Virus record (IMG/VR): IMGVR_UViG_3300027933_000048
Location: 1-5,833 of that record
DNA: 5,833 nt
Direction: 5' to 3' (one strand)
The notes below the pieces were generated by a model that did no database searches, had not been told where the DNA came from, and saw only the letters and a program-made list of their open reading frames with translations. Position numbers and translations under genes: made by a program. Positions 5,639 through 5,833 of the stretch are shown piece by piece. The stretch's first letter is position 1; the number at the start of each line of letters is the position of its first letter.

Positions 5639-5687
5639 ATGTAACTTATGGTATTTAAAGTTTTCTGCATCCTTGTATTTTTCTATC
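5639..5687 (-). promoter_or_regulatory. Strong early-type promoter with no downstream protein gene
   Basis: GATAGAAAAATACAAGGATGCAGAAAAC-TTTAAATA(5659-5652)-N10-CAT, same architecture as the promoters at 3842, 4214 and 5472. Confidence 0.75.
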
Positions 5688-5833
5688 TTAGCACCTTTTT
5701 TATCATCTTATCATTTTATCCTTTAACTGGAAAATATATTTCAAATCGTTTCTTTCCTTTTTCTCCTGCTATATGAAATGCGGAGAAATATATCTGCAAC
5801 AACTACCCTGCAAATTGCAACTATTAACTACTA

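Overview
AT-rich archaeal virus DNA, most consistent with a rudivirus (SIRV-like rod-shaped virus of Sulfolobales). The assignment rests on my recognition of protein families and promoter style, not on a database search. The left part (+ strand, 24-3234) holds a GT-B/GT4 glycosyltransferase, then a separately promoted, translationally coupled pair: an APC-family permease and a TGT/DpdA-like guanine transglycosylase. The right part (- strand, about 3200-5690) is an accessory array of small genes, most with their own BRE-TATA promoter and T-rich terminator, and units are separated by a conserved ~30-40 bp repeat (5 copies). It includes a 55-aa HTH protein of the SIRV gp1/ORF56a (Aca8-like) type, several candidate anti-defense proteins, a 53-aa membrane protein missing from the ORF track, and one complete promoter-terminator unit with no real ORF (candidate small RNA with a box D'/C'-like motif, or an emptied cassette).
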